Source of the DNA: Candidatus Anaeroferrophillus wilburensis
GTDB taxonomy: Bacteria; Desulfobacterota; Anaeroferrophillalia; Anaeroferrophillales; Anaeroferrophillaceae
Direction: 5' to 3'
DNA length: 64,000 bases
Assembly: GCA_016934315.1 (NCBI GenBank)
Contig: JAFGSY010000021.1
Location: forward strand, 25,470 to 89,469
How positions within the stretch are numbered: position 1 is the first letter of the stretch; the number at the start of each line of letters is the position of its first letter. The notes beneath the pieces are model-generated. The model saw only the letters and a program-made list of their open reading frames with translations, did not search any database and was not told the origin of the DNA. The translations under genes were made by a program, and so were the position numbers. This document shows, piece by piece, positions 54,450-64,000 of this stretch.

Positions 54450-55163
54450 TTACAGCTGTTTTTTCAGAAAAGCCAGCATTCTGGTCCAGGAATCCCGGCG
54501 GGCTTCCGGGTGGTAGCGCCGGTTGCCGGGCCAGATGAAGGAGTGATCAACGCCGGGATAGATATGGTACGGGTGCTTGATTCCCAGCCGGCGGCAGGCG
54601 TTATCGAGCAGATAGGTGTTTTCCACCGGGACAACGGTATCCCGGTTGCCATGGAATGAGATGACCGGACAGGGCAGCCGGCTGAGAAAATCAAGATGGT
54701 CGTCGGAGTTGAGCGGCAGTTGTTTGAAACTGTCCATGCCGCCATGCCAGCAGGTGAGGCCGAAGAAATTGACGACCGTCCGCACACCTGAAATAACGGT
54801 GCCGGCATAGAGGGCCAGACCGCCGCCCCGGCTGGCTCCCAGCAGGGCCAGGTGCCGGTCATCTACGGCCTCCGCCGCTCCTATCCAGCCGCCCATGGCG
54901 GCCAAGTCTTCCGGCGGCAGCATGTCCCAGCTCCGCCGCCGGGGCAGCTGATCGCCGAACCATTCCGGCACCAGCACGGCGTAGCCTTCCCGGGCCAGAG
55001 TGGCTGCCAGTTCCCGGTGCTGTGGCTGGAAACCGTCGGTGCCGTGAAACACGATGACGGCGGCAAACGGTCCGCCGGTTTCCGGCCGGCAAAAAAAACC
55101 GGGGATGGAGATCTCCCCGGCTGGAATGACGACATTTTTCTTGATGATCGTGGTCTTGGTCAT
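54450..55163 (-). CDS. dienelactone hydrolase-family alpha/beta hydrolase
   Basis: 237 aa. The nucleophile elbow is GASRGG, and FHGTDG and HGNRD are typical of DLH-like proteins. Confidence 0.8.
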   Translation of the reverse strand: MTKTTIIKKNVVIPAGEISIPGFFCRPETGGPFAAVIVFHGTDGFQPQHRELAATLAREGYAVLVPEWFGDQLPRRRSWDMLPPEDLAAMGGWIGAAEAVDDRHLALLGASRGGGLALYAGTVISGVRTVVNFFGLTCWHGGMDSFKQLPLNSDDHLDFLSRLPCPVISFHGNRDTVVPVENTYLLDNACRRLGIKHPYHIYPGVDHSFIWPGNRRYHPEARRDSWTRMLAFLKKQL

Positions 55164-55166
55164 CAG

Positions 55167-56522
55167 CTACCTGCCGGTATACAGCTTTTCCTTGATATGC
55201 AGGGTGGCAAAGTTGAACTCGCCTCCCAGGGTGATGGCGGCGCAGGCGGCGGCAAAATCCTTGGAACATTCAATGCCGGCTACCTTTGCCACTTCCCGGG
55301 AGAGGGGCGGGACGATGCCTTCCGGGCCGGAGGGGAATCCCACCTCAAGGTTGGGGAGTTCAACCCCGAAAATCATTTCGTCGCCACGGGTTTCCACATA
55401 GACCTTCTGCAGCGATGAAACCAGGTAGGGGCGCGGGTTGTTTTTCATTGTCCGGTAGAAAGCGGGAATGATTTCACCGCCCATGCCGCTGTAAGCCGGC
55501 CAGCCGGTTTCTTCCAGGACCCCCTGGCGGTCCAGCTCGATGTAGGAGAGGAAATCATCAATGGGGCGGCCGATATTCTGTTCATACTCCTTGATGGGTA
55601 TCCGCTGCTGGGCGGAGACGTAGCGGCCCCGGCGATTGCGTGGTGAAGGTTTCAGATCGCCGTCACGGCCCATGCCGATGACTGACAGCCGGCAGGCAAT
55701 CTGGTGTTCTTTGAACAGGTTGTCAATATAATTTTTGGCACCGCCCACCGCTTTCGAGGTGCAGCCGTGACCGCGATATTCGGTAAACCGGGTGTAGAAG
55801 CAGCAGTGCAGAATCCGGTCGCCATGGTGCTGCTTGTCGAGAAAATCGACATTGTAGACCTGACCGGCAAAGGGTTGCAGGAAATCCCCGGTCATCAGCG
55901 TGATGATGCCATCCAGGTTGTCCTTGATCAGCTTTCTGGCCCTTTCCCGCTCCTTCTCCGTGCCAAAGACAAAGGCCAGGTTGCGGGCGGCACCGGCCCA
56001 ATCGGCAACCTTGATCTCCACGGGCCCGTACTTGTTGAGCTGGAAGCAGCCGACGCTGATTCCCAGATGGCCGACACCGGGACCATAGCAGAGGATGTTC
56101 TGGAAGGTTTTGTTGACGTCGCCGCCGACTGCCACTTCGCCCGCATAGCTGAAATAGTCCTCGTCGCCGCCGATATAGTTGTTTACCAGGGGCTGATAGC
56201 TGGTTTTGCCGTCAACCAGTGGCGCCAAGGGGGTGTCACACATGCCGCAGCGGGTAAAATCGTCGCCGGCTGCCAGCATCCAGTGGCTGTTGTCCCGGGG
56301 GCAGCGGTATTCAATGCTGTAGGGTTTTGCCGGCATCACCAGATGATGAAACGCGACGCCGCTTTTGGCCTCGAGAAAAAAGCGGCGGGCCAGGGTGCCG
56401 ACGATGAACGTATCCGGCGCCCCAATTCCTGCCTCCAGCGCTTTCTCTTCAGTTTTCCAGGGAGCAACCTCACCCCGTAGCATGGCTTCGCTGATGTTTT
56501 TTGCAACCTCAGTATAATTCAT
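55167..56522 (-). CDS. conserved hypothetical protein, 451 aa (embedded CPxx...CxxC knuckle; C-terminus faintly HMG-CoA-reductase-like)
   Basis: Long ORF on the same strand and tightly packed with the hydrolase gene. Contains YRCPRDN...FTRCGMCD. The tail AACAAITLGGEFNFATL recalls the HMGR C-terminal helix. No confident assignment. Confidence 0.65.
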   Translation of the reverse strand: MNYTEVAKNISEAMLRGEVAPWKTEEKALEAGIGAPDTFIVGTLARRFFLEAKSGVAFHHLVMPAKPYSIEYRCPRDNSHWMLAAGDDFTRCGMCDTPLAPLVDGKTSYQPLVNNYIGGDEDYFSYAGEVAVGGDVNKTFQNILCYGPGVGHLGISVGCFQLNKYGPVEIKVADWAGAARNLAFVFGTEKERERARKLIKDNLDGIITLMTGDFLQPFAGQVYNVDFLDKQHHGDRILHCCFYTRFTEYRGHGCTSKAVGGAKNYIDNLFKEHQIACRLSVIGMGRDGDLKPSPRNRRGRYVSAQQRIPIKEYEQNIGRPIDDFLSYIELDRQGVLEETGWPAYSGMGGEIIPAFYRTMKNNPRPYLVSSLQKVYVETRGDEMIFGVELPNLEVGFPSGPEGIVPPLSREVAKVAGIECSKDFAAACAAITLGGEFNFATLHIKEKLYTGR

Positions 56523-56633
56523 CTGTTTCCTCCTCCGCTGTTCTGCCGGACAGTATCGTTGCCTTTATGGGTTGTCGGTGTTGCGGTTGTGATTGTTGAG
56601 TCTTTTTTTGAACAGCTGTTTGTCAAGGGTGGA

Positions 56634-58382
56634 TCAATCAAGGATGACCGGCAGGGTCTTTCTGGAGCGGACGTCGTACAGACCTTTGTCGGTCAGCCGC
56701 AGAAAAGGAAGGCCGGTGAAGGAGAGAGTCTGGTAGTGGAAAAAGGGATTGTCCAGCTCTGAGCCCAGTGACTTCAGGGCATTTTCGATCGCTTCCTCCC
56801 GTGTATTGATCTCTTCCAGCGGCAGATCGGCATAAATGCCGCCGATGGGCAGCGGCAGTTCGGCCAGAATAGTTTGCCCCTCGACCACCACAATGCCGCC
56901 CTGGAGTTCCAGCAGTCGGTTGAAAGCTGTGGCCATCTCAGCCTCACTAGCGCCATAAACGGTTGGCTGGTAGGCTTCCCAGTTCAAAGTTGAGGCTACG
57001 GCACCCCGCCTGATGCCGGTGCCGGCGAGAAAGCCTATGCTGATTGTCTGTCGGCCATGGCGATTGACAATGGCGTATTTCAGGATACTGTGCTGGGGGT
57101 CAGGAACGATATTGCCGTCGATCACCGGCAGGGTGACACGCTCTTCGTGGGTGACCATGCTGCCGATTTCAGGCCGGATGGCCCGCACCCTAGCTTCGCT
57201 GCCGGTGGACGGGTAATGAAAAGTGTCTGCGGTCACCGGGGCCAGGGGCAGAGAATGGTAGGCAGCCTCGGGGTAGATATAGGGTTCCAAAGAAACTTGC
57301 AAGGAGCCTTTTTCAGCGACGATCCGGCCGCCGGCCACCACCAGGGAAGGTGAGAATGTTGCCAGGTCGGGGACGATTTGCAGATCGGCGCGGAAATGGG
57401 GGGCAATCGCCCCCAGGTCACGGAGACCAAAGGCAGCCGCGGCGTTGATGGTCAGCATCTGGACCACGGTAACCGGCGAAAAACCAAGGGCTACCGCTTT
57501 GCGGGCAATAACGTCAAGATGTCCTTCAGTCAGCAGCCGGGAGGTGGTGACGCCGTCGGTGGAGATGGAAACCTGCCTGAAATCATTGATCATCTCCCTG
57601 ATGGGTGCAACCCCTTCCAGATCCTGGCGGATGCTTCCCTCCCGGATCATCAAGTAGAGCCCCAGGCGCAGCCGTTCCAAGGCTTCCTCAGCGGTGATCG
57701 GTTCATGGCAGGAGGAGATGCCGGCCGCCGCAAAGGCCTGCAGTTTTTCCCGTCGGGCACCGGCCGAATGTCCCTGAACCGGGAGGTTGTGCTGCCAGGC
57801 CAAGGACAGCAATGCCAGCGTCCGTTCATCCGGATCAATGATCCGGGGCCAATAGGCTTCGCCAATGCCCACGACCCGTTGGTCGGCAAAGAGTTTGGCG
57901 TATTCTGCCAGCGAAAAAGGGTGAACGGTTTCCAGTTCCGGAAACGGGGGTGAAAAACAAGGGGCGGTAGCCAAGATGTTCATCGGCTGCCGACCGGCTT
58001 CCTCAAGAAACCAGCTGACGCCGGCGGCGCCCAGAGAATTCCCCAGCTCGGTCACCTCAGTGACCACGGTGGTGGTTCCCCGGGGCAGGACCAGACGGAC
58101 AAAATCATGGAGGCGGAAAACATTGGCGATGTGGGTATGGGTTTCAACGAAACCGGGCAGCAGATAGGCACCGTCGGCATCGATGACCCTCGTTTGTTCG
58201 CCCCTGACGGCGGCGCATAGCTCACCAACCGCCACAAACCGTTCCCCCCTGATGGCCACTGCGGTCCGGGGGATGACTTCAGCGGTGAACACATTGACCA
58301 GGGTGCCGTTGGTGATGATCAGGTCGGCCGGTTCATGACCAAGCGCGGTATGAACTGCTTGGGAGATTGCTTCAGGACGCAT
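56634..58382 (-). CDS. ade: adenine deaminase
   Basis: Start at MRPEAISQ (58382). ADLIITNGTLVNV...IDADGAYLLPGFVETHTHI matches the amidohydrolase/Ade N-terminus, and the length of about 580 aa fits. Confidence 0.85.
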   Translation of the reverse strand: MRPEAISQAVHTALGHEPADLIITNGTLVNVFTAEVIPRTAVAIRGERFVAVGELCAAVRGEQTRVIDADGAYLLPGFVETHTHIANVFRLHDFVRLVLPRGTTTVVTEVTELGNSLGAAGVSWFLEEAGRQPMNILATAPCFSPPFPELETVHPFSLAEYAKLFADQRVVGIGEAYWPRIIDPDERTLALLSLAWQHNLPVQGHSAGARREKLQAFAAAGISSCHEPITAEEALERLRLGLYLMIREGSIRQDLEGVAPIREMINDFRQVSISTDGVTTSRLLTEGHLDVIARKAVALGFSPVTVVQMLTINAAAAFGLRDLGAIAPHFRADLQIVPDLATFSPSLVVAGGRIVAEKGSLQVSLEPYIYPEAAYHSLPLAPVTADTFHYPSTGSEARVRAIRPEIGSMVTHEERVTLPVIDGNIVPDPQHSILKYAIVNRHGRQTISIGFLAGTGIRRGAVASTLNWEAYQPTVYGASEAEMATAFNRLLELQGGIVVVEGQTILAELPLPIGGIYADLPLEEINTREEAIENALKSLGSELDNPFFHYQTLSFTGLPFLRLTDKGLYDVRSRKTLPVILD

Positions 58383-58800
58383 GGAACAGATTGTTCTCTT
58401 TTTTCCGATAGGCGGTAGCCTGGGCGCTGGCAATCAGGTGGCCATGGTTGTCGGTGACTTCAATATGGTAGGTGGCAATCCGGGGATTGCGGGATACTTC
58501 CCGGGATGCCGCCCTGAGTGGGACGTCCACTGCCGGTGCCCGCAGATAGGTGACGTTGACATTCAGGGCCACCGCCAGGGTGCCGTGGGTATTGCAGGAT
58601 ACCTGGAACGCTTCATCGATGAGGGCGAAAATTGCCCCACCATGCACCATCTTGAAAAGGTTGGTGGTTTCACAGGTAGGGGTCATCTCCACCAGGGCGT
58701 AACCGGGGGAGCAGTCAACCAGCTGGATGTTGAAGAGGCGGGCAAATGGCTCTTGGCCAACTGCAGCCGCGGCGGTGTGTCGGAGATCGTCATTGATCAT
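58372..58800 (-). CDS. PaaI-type hotdog thioesterase
   Basis: Start at MINDDLRH (58800) within ORF 58372..59025. NLFKMVHGGAIFALIDEAF is the PaaI/YbdB signature. Confidence 0.8.
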   Translation of the reverse strand: MINDDLRHTAAAAVGQEPFARLFNIQLVDCSPGYALVEMTPTCETTNLFKMVHGGAIFALIDEAFQVSCNTHGTLAVALNVNVTYLRAPAVDVPLRAASREVSRNPRIATYHIEVTDNHGHLIASAQATAYRKKENNLFHAS

Positions 58801-59443
58801 AATGGTCTCTTCCTGCTTCCTGCCAACGCTCAAGCCTTTCGGTACCATATTTTTCCTCATAGGTGGCCATAATCTGCTCAAAAGGCAGGTCGCTGAATGG
58901 TTCGCGGTGGCGGATATATTCGATATGCAGTTTGCCGTCTTTGCTGTGCAGGTCGAAGACGGCATCCCGGCTGCCGTCGAAGTCAACCGGATTGATCCCC
59001 AGCCGCTGGCACATGAACCGGTCAAAGGTGGGGGTAGCCTTGACCCACCGGTTATTCAACCACAGTTCGTTATAGCCGTGGCAGAGAAAAATGTTCGTCT
59101 GCATGACCTCCATCAGGTTGCCGGGAACCTGATAGTTTTTGATATCAGCCAGCAGCAGTCGGGTGGGGATGCCGACAGCCCGGCAGAGGGCGGTCAGTAA
59201 AACCGCCTTCTGCACGCAGTATCCCTTGCCCCGGGCCAGAATAGCATGGGCCTGGTAGTTTTCCCGCCTGGTGGAGAAGGTGTAGGGGTTATAGCGGATC
59301 TCATCCCGGACGAAAAGAAACAGCGCCCTGGCCTTTGCCATAGCAGCATCCAGGCTCCCGGTTAAGAGCTGAACTTGTGCCATGATCGCCGGGTGGTCGC
59401 AATCAAAAAAATAGGTTGGCTGCAGATATTCTTCCATGGTCAA
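58790..59443 (-). CDS. transglutaminase-like (Cys protease fold) domain protein
   Basis: 217 aa. RGKGYCVQKAVLLTALCRAVGIPTR (catalytic Cys context), then HGYNELW (His). Confidence 0.8.
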   Translation of the reverse strand: MTMEEYLQPTYFFDCDHPAIMAQVQLLTGSLDAAMAKARALFLFVRDEIRYNPYTFSTRRENYQAHAILARGKGYCVQKAVLLTALCRAVGIPTRLLLADIKNYQVPGNLMEVMQTNIFLCHGYNELWLNNRWVKATPTFDRFMCQRLGINPVDFDGSRDAVFDLHSKDGKLHIEYIRHREPFSDLPFEQIMATYEEKYGTERLERWQEAGRDHYDQ

Positions 59444-59672
59444 TGACGGGATGATTTTATCCTTTTCGGTTATGGATTCAATGCTGTGGCCATGTTCATG
59501 CTAAGTTAGTAAAACACATTTTTATTTTGTGCCATCATACCGGTGCCAGTTGCAGATGTCAAGAATTTGGTGTGCCATTCTCGCGTTTTTGCTACCTTTT
59601 TCTGGCCGGCAAAGATCTACTTTTCCCTTGACAAACCGTAGAAATGGAGTTAGCCTCTCATCTTCTTTGTTC

Positions 59673-59745
59673 GGGCCCATAGCTCAGCTGGCAGAGCCAC
59701 CGGCTCATAACCGGTAGGTCCCTGGTTCGAACCCAGGTGGGCCCA
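59673..59745 (+). tRNA. tRNA with anticodon CAU (elongator Met or lysidine-modified Ile2); CCA not encoded
   Basis: GGGCCCATAGCTCAGCTGGCAGAGCCACCGGCTCATAACCGGTAGGTCCCTGGTTCGAACCCAGGTGGGCCCA. The acceptor stem is GGGCCCA/TGGGCCC and the anticodon stem is ACCGG/CCGGT with loop CTCATAA. It lacks the initiator features (C1-A72 mismatch, GGG/CCC anticodon stem). Confidence 0.85.
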
Positions 59746-59903
59746 TCGGCTTTATTGCAGTGGATGATGGTATATTTCAAGAAAAATTGTCTTGCGGACC
59801 ACGGGAGGAGCAGCACCCCTCCGCAGAGGCGGACATCTGAGAAGTAAAAGTGCACCCGAAAACAGGGTGCACTTTTTTTATTCCGGCGGTAAGGGAACGA
59901 GGG

Positions 59904-61043
59904 ATGACCACCCATGGGGAGCTGATCTCCTTTATTGAAGAGCTTGTCCCGCTGCGCTACAGCGAGGCCTGGGATAATTGCGGCCTGCAGTTGGGCGATC
60001 CCCATTGGCCCCTGAAGGGCATTCTGCTGGCCCTTGATGTGACCCCTGAGGTGGTGGCTATGGCGCAAGAATTGGGGGCCAATTTTATTTTTTCTCACCA
60101 TCCGCTGCTGCTGACACCGGTCAAAACCATTCGTGCCGACCAGTTTCCCGGTACGGTTGTCCAAGCGGCGTTGACCAACGGGATCAGTGTTTATGCAGCC
60201 CATACCAATCTGGATGTGATTCCCGGCGGCGTGAACGACGTCCTTGCGGACCTGTTGGGATTGATCAACTGCAAGGTCTTGAGTCCCACCAGTGAAGTTG
60301 CCCGCTATAAGCTGGTAGTCTTTGTGCCGCCGGAAAATCTCGAAGAGGTATCCGATGCTGTTTTTGCTGCCGGTGCCGGGAAAATCAACCATTACAGCCG
60401 TTGCTCGTTTGCCGGCGCCGGTACCGGTACCTTTTATCCCATGGCCGAAGCAACCCCCTATTACGGGGAAGTAGAAGAGATGAACGAGGTGGAGGAATTC
60501 CGCCTTGAAGTCAGCGTCGAGGAGTATGAGCTGGGACAGGTCATTGCCGCCTTGCTGGATGCCCACCCGTATGAATCCCCGGCGTTTGATGTCTATGCCC
60601 TGGAGCAGACGGGCGAGGCATTGGGGCTTGGACGGCTTGGTGAATTTCCTCATGCCATGAGCCTGGGGGCGGCAGTAGGATTGATTAAGGGGAAGCTGGC
60701 TCTTGCCGGGGTTCGGGTTATTGGTGCCGGAGCGCCGGGTGGTGAGCGCCAGGAGGGGCAGGTCAAGCGGATAGCCGTATGCGGCGGCAGCGGGTTTTCC
60801 CTCTACCAGTCGGCGGTGGCTGCCGGGGTTGACCTTTATGTGACCGGCGATGTGAAATACCATGATGCCCGTCTGGTGGAAGCGATGGGCGTGCCGGTGG
60901 TCGATGCGGGGCATTATGCCACCGAAGTTCCAGTTCTGACAGTCATGCAGGAGGAGTTCCGGCGTTTTCTCCGCCGCCGCGATGATGGGCAGATCAAGGT
61001 TGATGTGTGTGCCCGGGAAAGTGATCCTTTCCAGGGATGGTAA
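59904..61043 (+). CDS. Nif3-family dinuclear metal centre protein (with PII-like insert)
   Basis: Start at MTTHGELISFIEELVP. Contains WDNCGLQLGD, FSHHPLL and YAAHTNLD motifs. About 379 aa. Confidence 0.85.
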   Translation: MTTHGELISFIEELVPLRYSEAWDNCGLQLGDPHWPLKGILLALDVTPEVVAMAQELGANFIFSHHPLLLTPVKTIRADQFPGTVVQAALTNGISVYAAHTNLDVIPGGVNDVLADLLGLINCKVLSPTSEVARYKLVVFVPPENLEEVSDAVFAAGAGKINHYSRCSFAGAGTGTFYPMAEATPYYGEVEEMNEVEEFRLEVSVEEYELGQVIAALLDAHPYESPAFDVYALEQTGEALGLGRLGEFPHAMSLGAAVGLIKGKLALAGVRVIGAGAPGGERQEGQVKRIAVCGGSGFSLYQSAVAAGVDLYVTGDVKYHDARLVEAMGVPVVDAGHYATEVPVLTVMQEEFRRFLRRRDDGQIKVDVCARESDPFQGW

Positions 61044-61087
61044 AAGAACATGAAAAAAGTAATACAATTGGTTGAGGAGGAACTATT

Positions 61088-61801
61088 TTGGAAGACCAGA
61101 TTCAGTCTTTATGGCGGTTGCAGGAAATTGATCTCACTCTTGGAACCTTGCGGGCGCAGCAGGATACGTTTGGGGCCGCCCTGGCCCAGCTGAAACAGGA
61201 AGTGGCCGAGCTTGAACAGGTGCTGACCGGCCTGCAGGCAGAGATTGAAAAAAAGCGTTTCGATCGACAGAAGATTCAGCACGAGATTGAACGGCTGCGG
61301 GAGATGGTCAAGCAGTCAAAAGTAAAACAGTCCCAGATTAAAACCAATAAAGAATATTTTGCCGCCTTGAAAGAGATTGAAACCTGTGAGAAAGAGATCA
61401 ATATCCAGGAAACCGCTCTCCTCGAACTGATGGAAGAGATTGATACGCTGCAGAGTAAGGCTGATGACCAGGCAAAAGTACTGGCGGACAAGCAGGAAGT
61501 CGTTGCCGTCCAAGAAGGCAGCATGGCTCAAAGGACGGCTGAACTTGACCAGGAGATAAATGGCTGTGCGCAGGAGCGCCAGGCGGTGGTTGATGTCCTT
61601 AATGATCGGCTGCTGGCTCGTTATAATCGTATACGGGGCCGTTTTGCCAACGCGGTGGTCAGGGTTGAAAACGGGACATGCATGGGCTGTCACGTCAATG
61701 TCCCTCCCCAAGTCTATATCAATCTTCTTAAAGGCGAGGATATCCTCAATTGTCCCAACTGCCAGCGGATTATGTTCTGTGAACCGGAAAAACAGGACTG
61801 A
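61088..61801 (+). CDS. coiled-coil plus C4 zinc-ribbon protein (COG1579 type)
   Basis: 237 aa. Long coiled coil, then CMGCHVNVPPQ...CPNCQRIMF. TTG start per the ORF track. Confidence 0.8.
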   Translation: MEDQIQSLWRLQEIDLTLGTLRAQQDTFGAALAQLKQEVAELEQVLTGLQAEIEKKRFDRQKIQHEIERLREMVKQSKVKQSQIKTNKEYFAALKEIETCEKEINIQETALLELMEEIDTLQSKADDQAKVLADKQEVVAVQEGSMAQRTAELDQEINGCAQERQAVVDVLNDRLLARYNRIRGRFANAVVRVENGTCMGCHVNVPPQVYINLLKGEDILNCPNCQRIMFCEPEKQD

Positions 61802-61832
61802 AGCGGCCATTCAGCATGAAGCACTGCAGGCG

Positions 61833-62435
61833 TTGCAGGTACTGGTGGAAACCAAAAGCTTTTCTGCCACCGTCGCTGCCCTTCCCGGGCTGACCACCGA
61901 GCGCTTGGTTGCCTTGCTGCGGACATTTCTGCCGGAAACGCCGGGATCACCGGAGTCGCAGGTCGGTACCGAAAGACAGGAGGGACCCCGGCACGATGAC
62001 CGAAATATTGCGGTTCTGGTCGCCGGGCAGAAAACGATTCTGTTTACCGATGGTGCTTCGCGGGGAAACCCCGGCTTGGCCGGGGCCGGCTATCTGGTGA
62101 CCCTTGCCGATGGTACCGTGGTCCGCGAGGGAAAACGTTTTCTCGGTGAGCGGACCAACAACGAGGCCGAGTATGATGCCTTGATTGACGGGCTGCAGCT
62201 GGCGCAGAAACTTGGTTGTCGGGAATTGGAGGTGCGTGCCGATTCTCAACTGATGATCCGCCAGTTGACCGGCCACTACCGGGTGAAGAATCAACGTCTC
62301 ATTCCGTTGGTGCTGGCGGTGAAAAAGCTGGCAGCGGCCTTTGACCGGATTTCCTATGTCCATATTCCCCGCAGTGACAATCAGCTGGCTGATGCCCTGG
62401 CCAATCAGGCCATTGATGCGGTGCTGAAAAAATAG
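61833..62435 (+). CDS. rnhA: ribonuclease HI-family protein
   Basis: The C-terminal 140 aa are LFTDGASRGNPGLAGAGY...TNNEAEYDALIDGLQLA...VRADSQLMIRQL...HIPRSDNQLADALAN (DEDD residues). There is no in-frame ATG after the upstream gene stop, so the start is assumed at TTG 61833 or GTG 61845. Confidence 0.7.
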   Translation: MQVLVETKSFSATVAALPGLTTERLVALLRTFLPETPGSPESQVGTERQEGPRHDDRNIAVLVAGQKTILFTDGASRGNPGLAGAGYLVTLADGTVVREGKRFLGERTNNEAEYDALIDGLQLAQKLGCRELEVRADSQLMIRQLTGHYRVKNQRLIPLVLAVKKLAAAFDRISYVHIPRSDNQLADALANQAIDAVLKK

Positions 62436-62491
62436 TTGTGCCGCCGATTCCCTTTCCCTTTTTCCTGTGTTATACTTGTGTGGTAAATGTG

Positions 62492-62888
<397 letters not shown>

Positions 62889-62910
62889 CGTTTTGATCTT
62901 TTGAGGAACG

Positions 62911-63135
62911 ATGATGAATCACCTGCATGGTCTGGGTAAACTGCTGCTTGCTGCCGGTCTCTGCATGGCTGTTCTTGGCCTGGTGCTGGTTTTTGCCGGC
63001 CAGATTCCATTTCTTGGTCGGTTGCCGGGAGATATTCTTATCAAAAAAGATGAGACAACGTTCTTTTTCCCCCTGACAACCTGTATTATTGTCAGTATTC
63101 TGGTGTCCCTGGTGTTCTATCTGTTTCGCCGTTAA
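62911..63135 (+). CDS. small 2-TM membrane protein (DUF2905-like)
   Basis: 74 aa. LGRLPGDILIKKDETTFFFPLTTCIIVSILVSL is characteristic of DUF2905. Confidence 0.7.
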   Translation: MMNHLHGLGKLLLAAGLCMAVLGLVLVFAGQIPFLGRLPGDILIKKDETTFFFPLTTCIIVSILVSLVFYLFRR

Positions 63136-63145
63136 GGAGGGTCTG

Positions 63146-63442
63146 ATGATCAGGAAAAGCTATTCCAAAACAGGCAGGGTATGCCGGGTTACCTTCCGGT
63201 TGCCGGCTGAGGTAGGGGCTGCTACCGCGGCTCTTTGCGGTGAGTTCAATGATTGGGATGTGGCTGCCAATCCGATGAAGTGCCTGAGTGACGGCTGCTT
63301 CAGTATTACCATTTCCTTGGCTGCCGGCCATAACTACCGCTTCCGCTATCTGCTGGATGGCGACCGCTGGGAGAATGACGGCCAGGCGGACGGCTATGTT
63401 TTCAATGTCTTCGGCAGCGAGGATTTCATTGTCGGGGTCTAA
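63146..63442 (+). CDS. isoamylase N-terminal / CBM48-like glycogen-binding domain protein
   Basis: Start at MIRKSYSKTG within ORF 63089..63442. VTFRLPAEVGAATAALCGEFNDWD...HNYRFRYLLDGDRWEND is an AMPK-beta/CBM48-type pattern. Confidence 0.7.
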   Translation: MIRKSYSKTGRVCRVTFRLPAEVGAATAALCGEFNDWDVAANPMKCLSDGCFSITISLAAGHNYRFRYLLDGDRWENDGQADGYVFNVFGSEDFIVGV

Positions 63443-63790
63443 GGGGGGAAACAGGCGCTGATGCGCCCCCTCCACCTTGGGTTCCCAGCCTGGCTTGCTG
63501 GATCCGCACCAACGGGCACAAAAACGCCTTGAAAACCGGCTGGCGCACCGTGACGACTCTCGATTCGCGGCGGCTTTACTGTACGGCAATAAAGATGGGG
63601 TTGTTATAGGGCCATCATTTTTAGCTGAATGATGCCCGTTAGTTCGCTGATGCACATTCTTCGGACATGTTCCCCCATTGTTTCAAGGGCAGGGGTAACA
63701 AAGCCAGTGGTGCTGATGATGTCCTGGTGGTCAACATGGGGGTGATTCCCGGGGTTGCTGGCGGCATGATGGTTGAAGCGTCTGCAGCGA

Positions 63791-64000
63791 TTATTTTCCA
63801 TGATCGCCATTTTCTGCATCGTCGTCACTGTCGTAGAGTTCGGGATAGAGTTTTTTCGTGCATTCCGGGCAGATGCCGTGGGTGAACTCCGCCTGGGTGC
63901 GCTGCTCCAGGTATGATTCAATCCGGTTCCAGTAGCCTTGGTCGTCGCGGATCTTTTTGCAGGAGGCGCAGATGGGCAGCAGACCGCTGAGGGTTTTTAC
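63791..64000 (-). CDS. C-terminal end of a signalling protein carrying the LPICASCKKIRDD...HGICPEC zinc-knuckle tail; 5' part lies outside the window
   Basis: My minus-strand translation reads VKTLSGLLPICASCKKIRDDQGYWNRIESYLEQRTQAEFTHGICPECTKKLYPELYDSDDDAENGDHGK*. It is absent from the ORF track because the start lies beyond 64000. Confidence 0.6.
   Translation of the reverse strand, partial: VKTLSGLLPICASCKKIRDDQGYWNRIESYLEQRTQAEFTHGICPECTKKLYPELYDSDDDAENGDHGK

Overview
GC-rich chromosomal window (by eye high-50s % GC, with one clearly lower-GC islet at about 8.3-11.6 kb). Gene content looks like a Desulfobacterota/deltaproteobacterial anaerobe; that lineage call is an inference. Housekeeping content: a 2-oxoacid:ferredoxin oxidoreductase operon (delta/alpha/beta), pyruvate kinase, an SLC12-like permease, a DEAD-box helicase plus CspA pair, tRNA-Gly(CCC), a KamA-type radical SAM gene, a trpEDCFBA operon with a Trp-rich leader peptide and attenuator, ogt, an MFS transporter, a NuoEFG-like Fe-S/flavin module, adenine deaminase, tRNA(CAU), Nif3/Zn-ribbon/RNase H and RNase P RNA. 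The accessory core (about 13.7-34 kb) is a sigma-54/two-component-controlled multiheme cytochrome island. It holds about 8 c-type cytochromes (4 to 13 CXXCH each), two NHL beta-propeller lipoproteins, a 662-aa putative outer-membrane beta-barrel, two small 2-TM HAMP-like paralogs and a giant 8-heme cytochrome of about 1130 aa. I read it as a candidate, atypically built extracellular-electron-transfer conduit. Main hunt results: (1) a family of 126-132-nt intergenic palindromic elements (3 full copies plus 1 partial) with a near-identical core and copy-specific, compensatorily covarying 18-19-bp outer stems; one copy sits inside the trp leader and two bracket a single gene. (2) Two cytochrome genes are interrupted by a single in-frame TGA followed by a hairpin, making them candidate selenocysteine-containing multiheme cytochromes. 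(3) Three sigma-54-type promoters share an upstream motif. (4) Heptad-periodic (7-nt) GG-phased arrays occur in short operon spacers. No CRISPR array, transposase, integrase or rRNA was seen.
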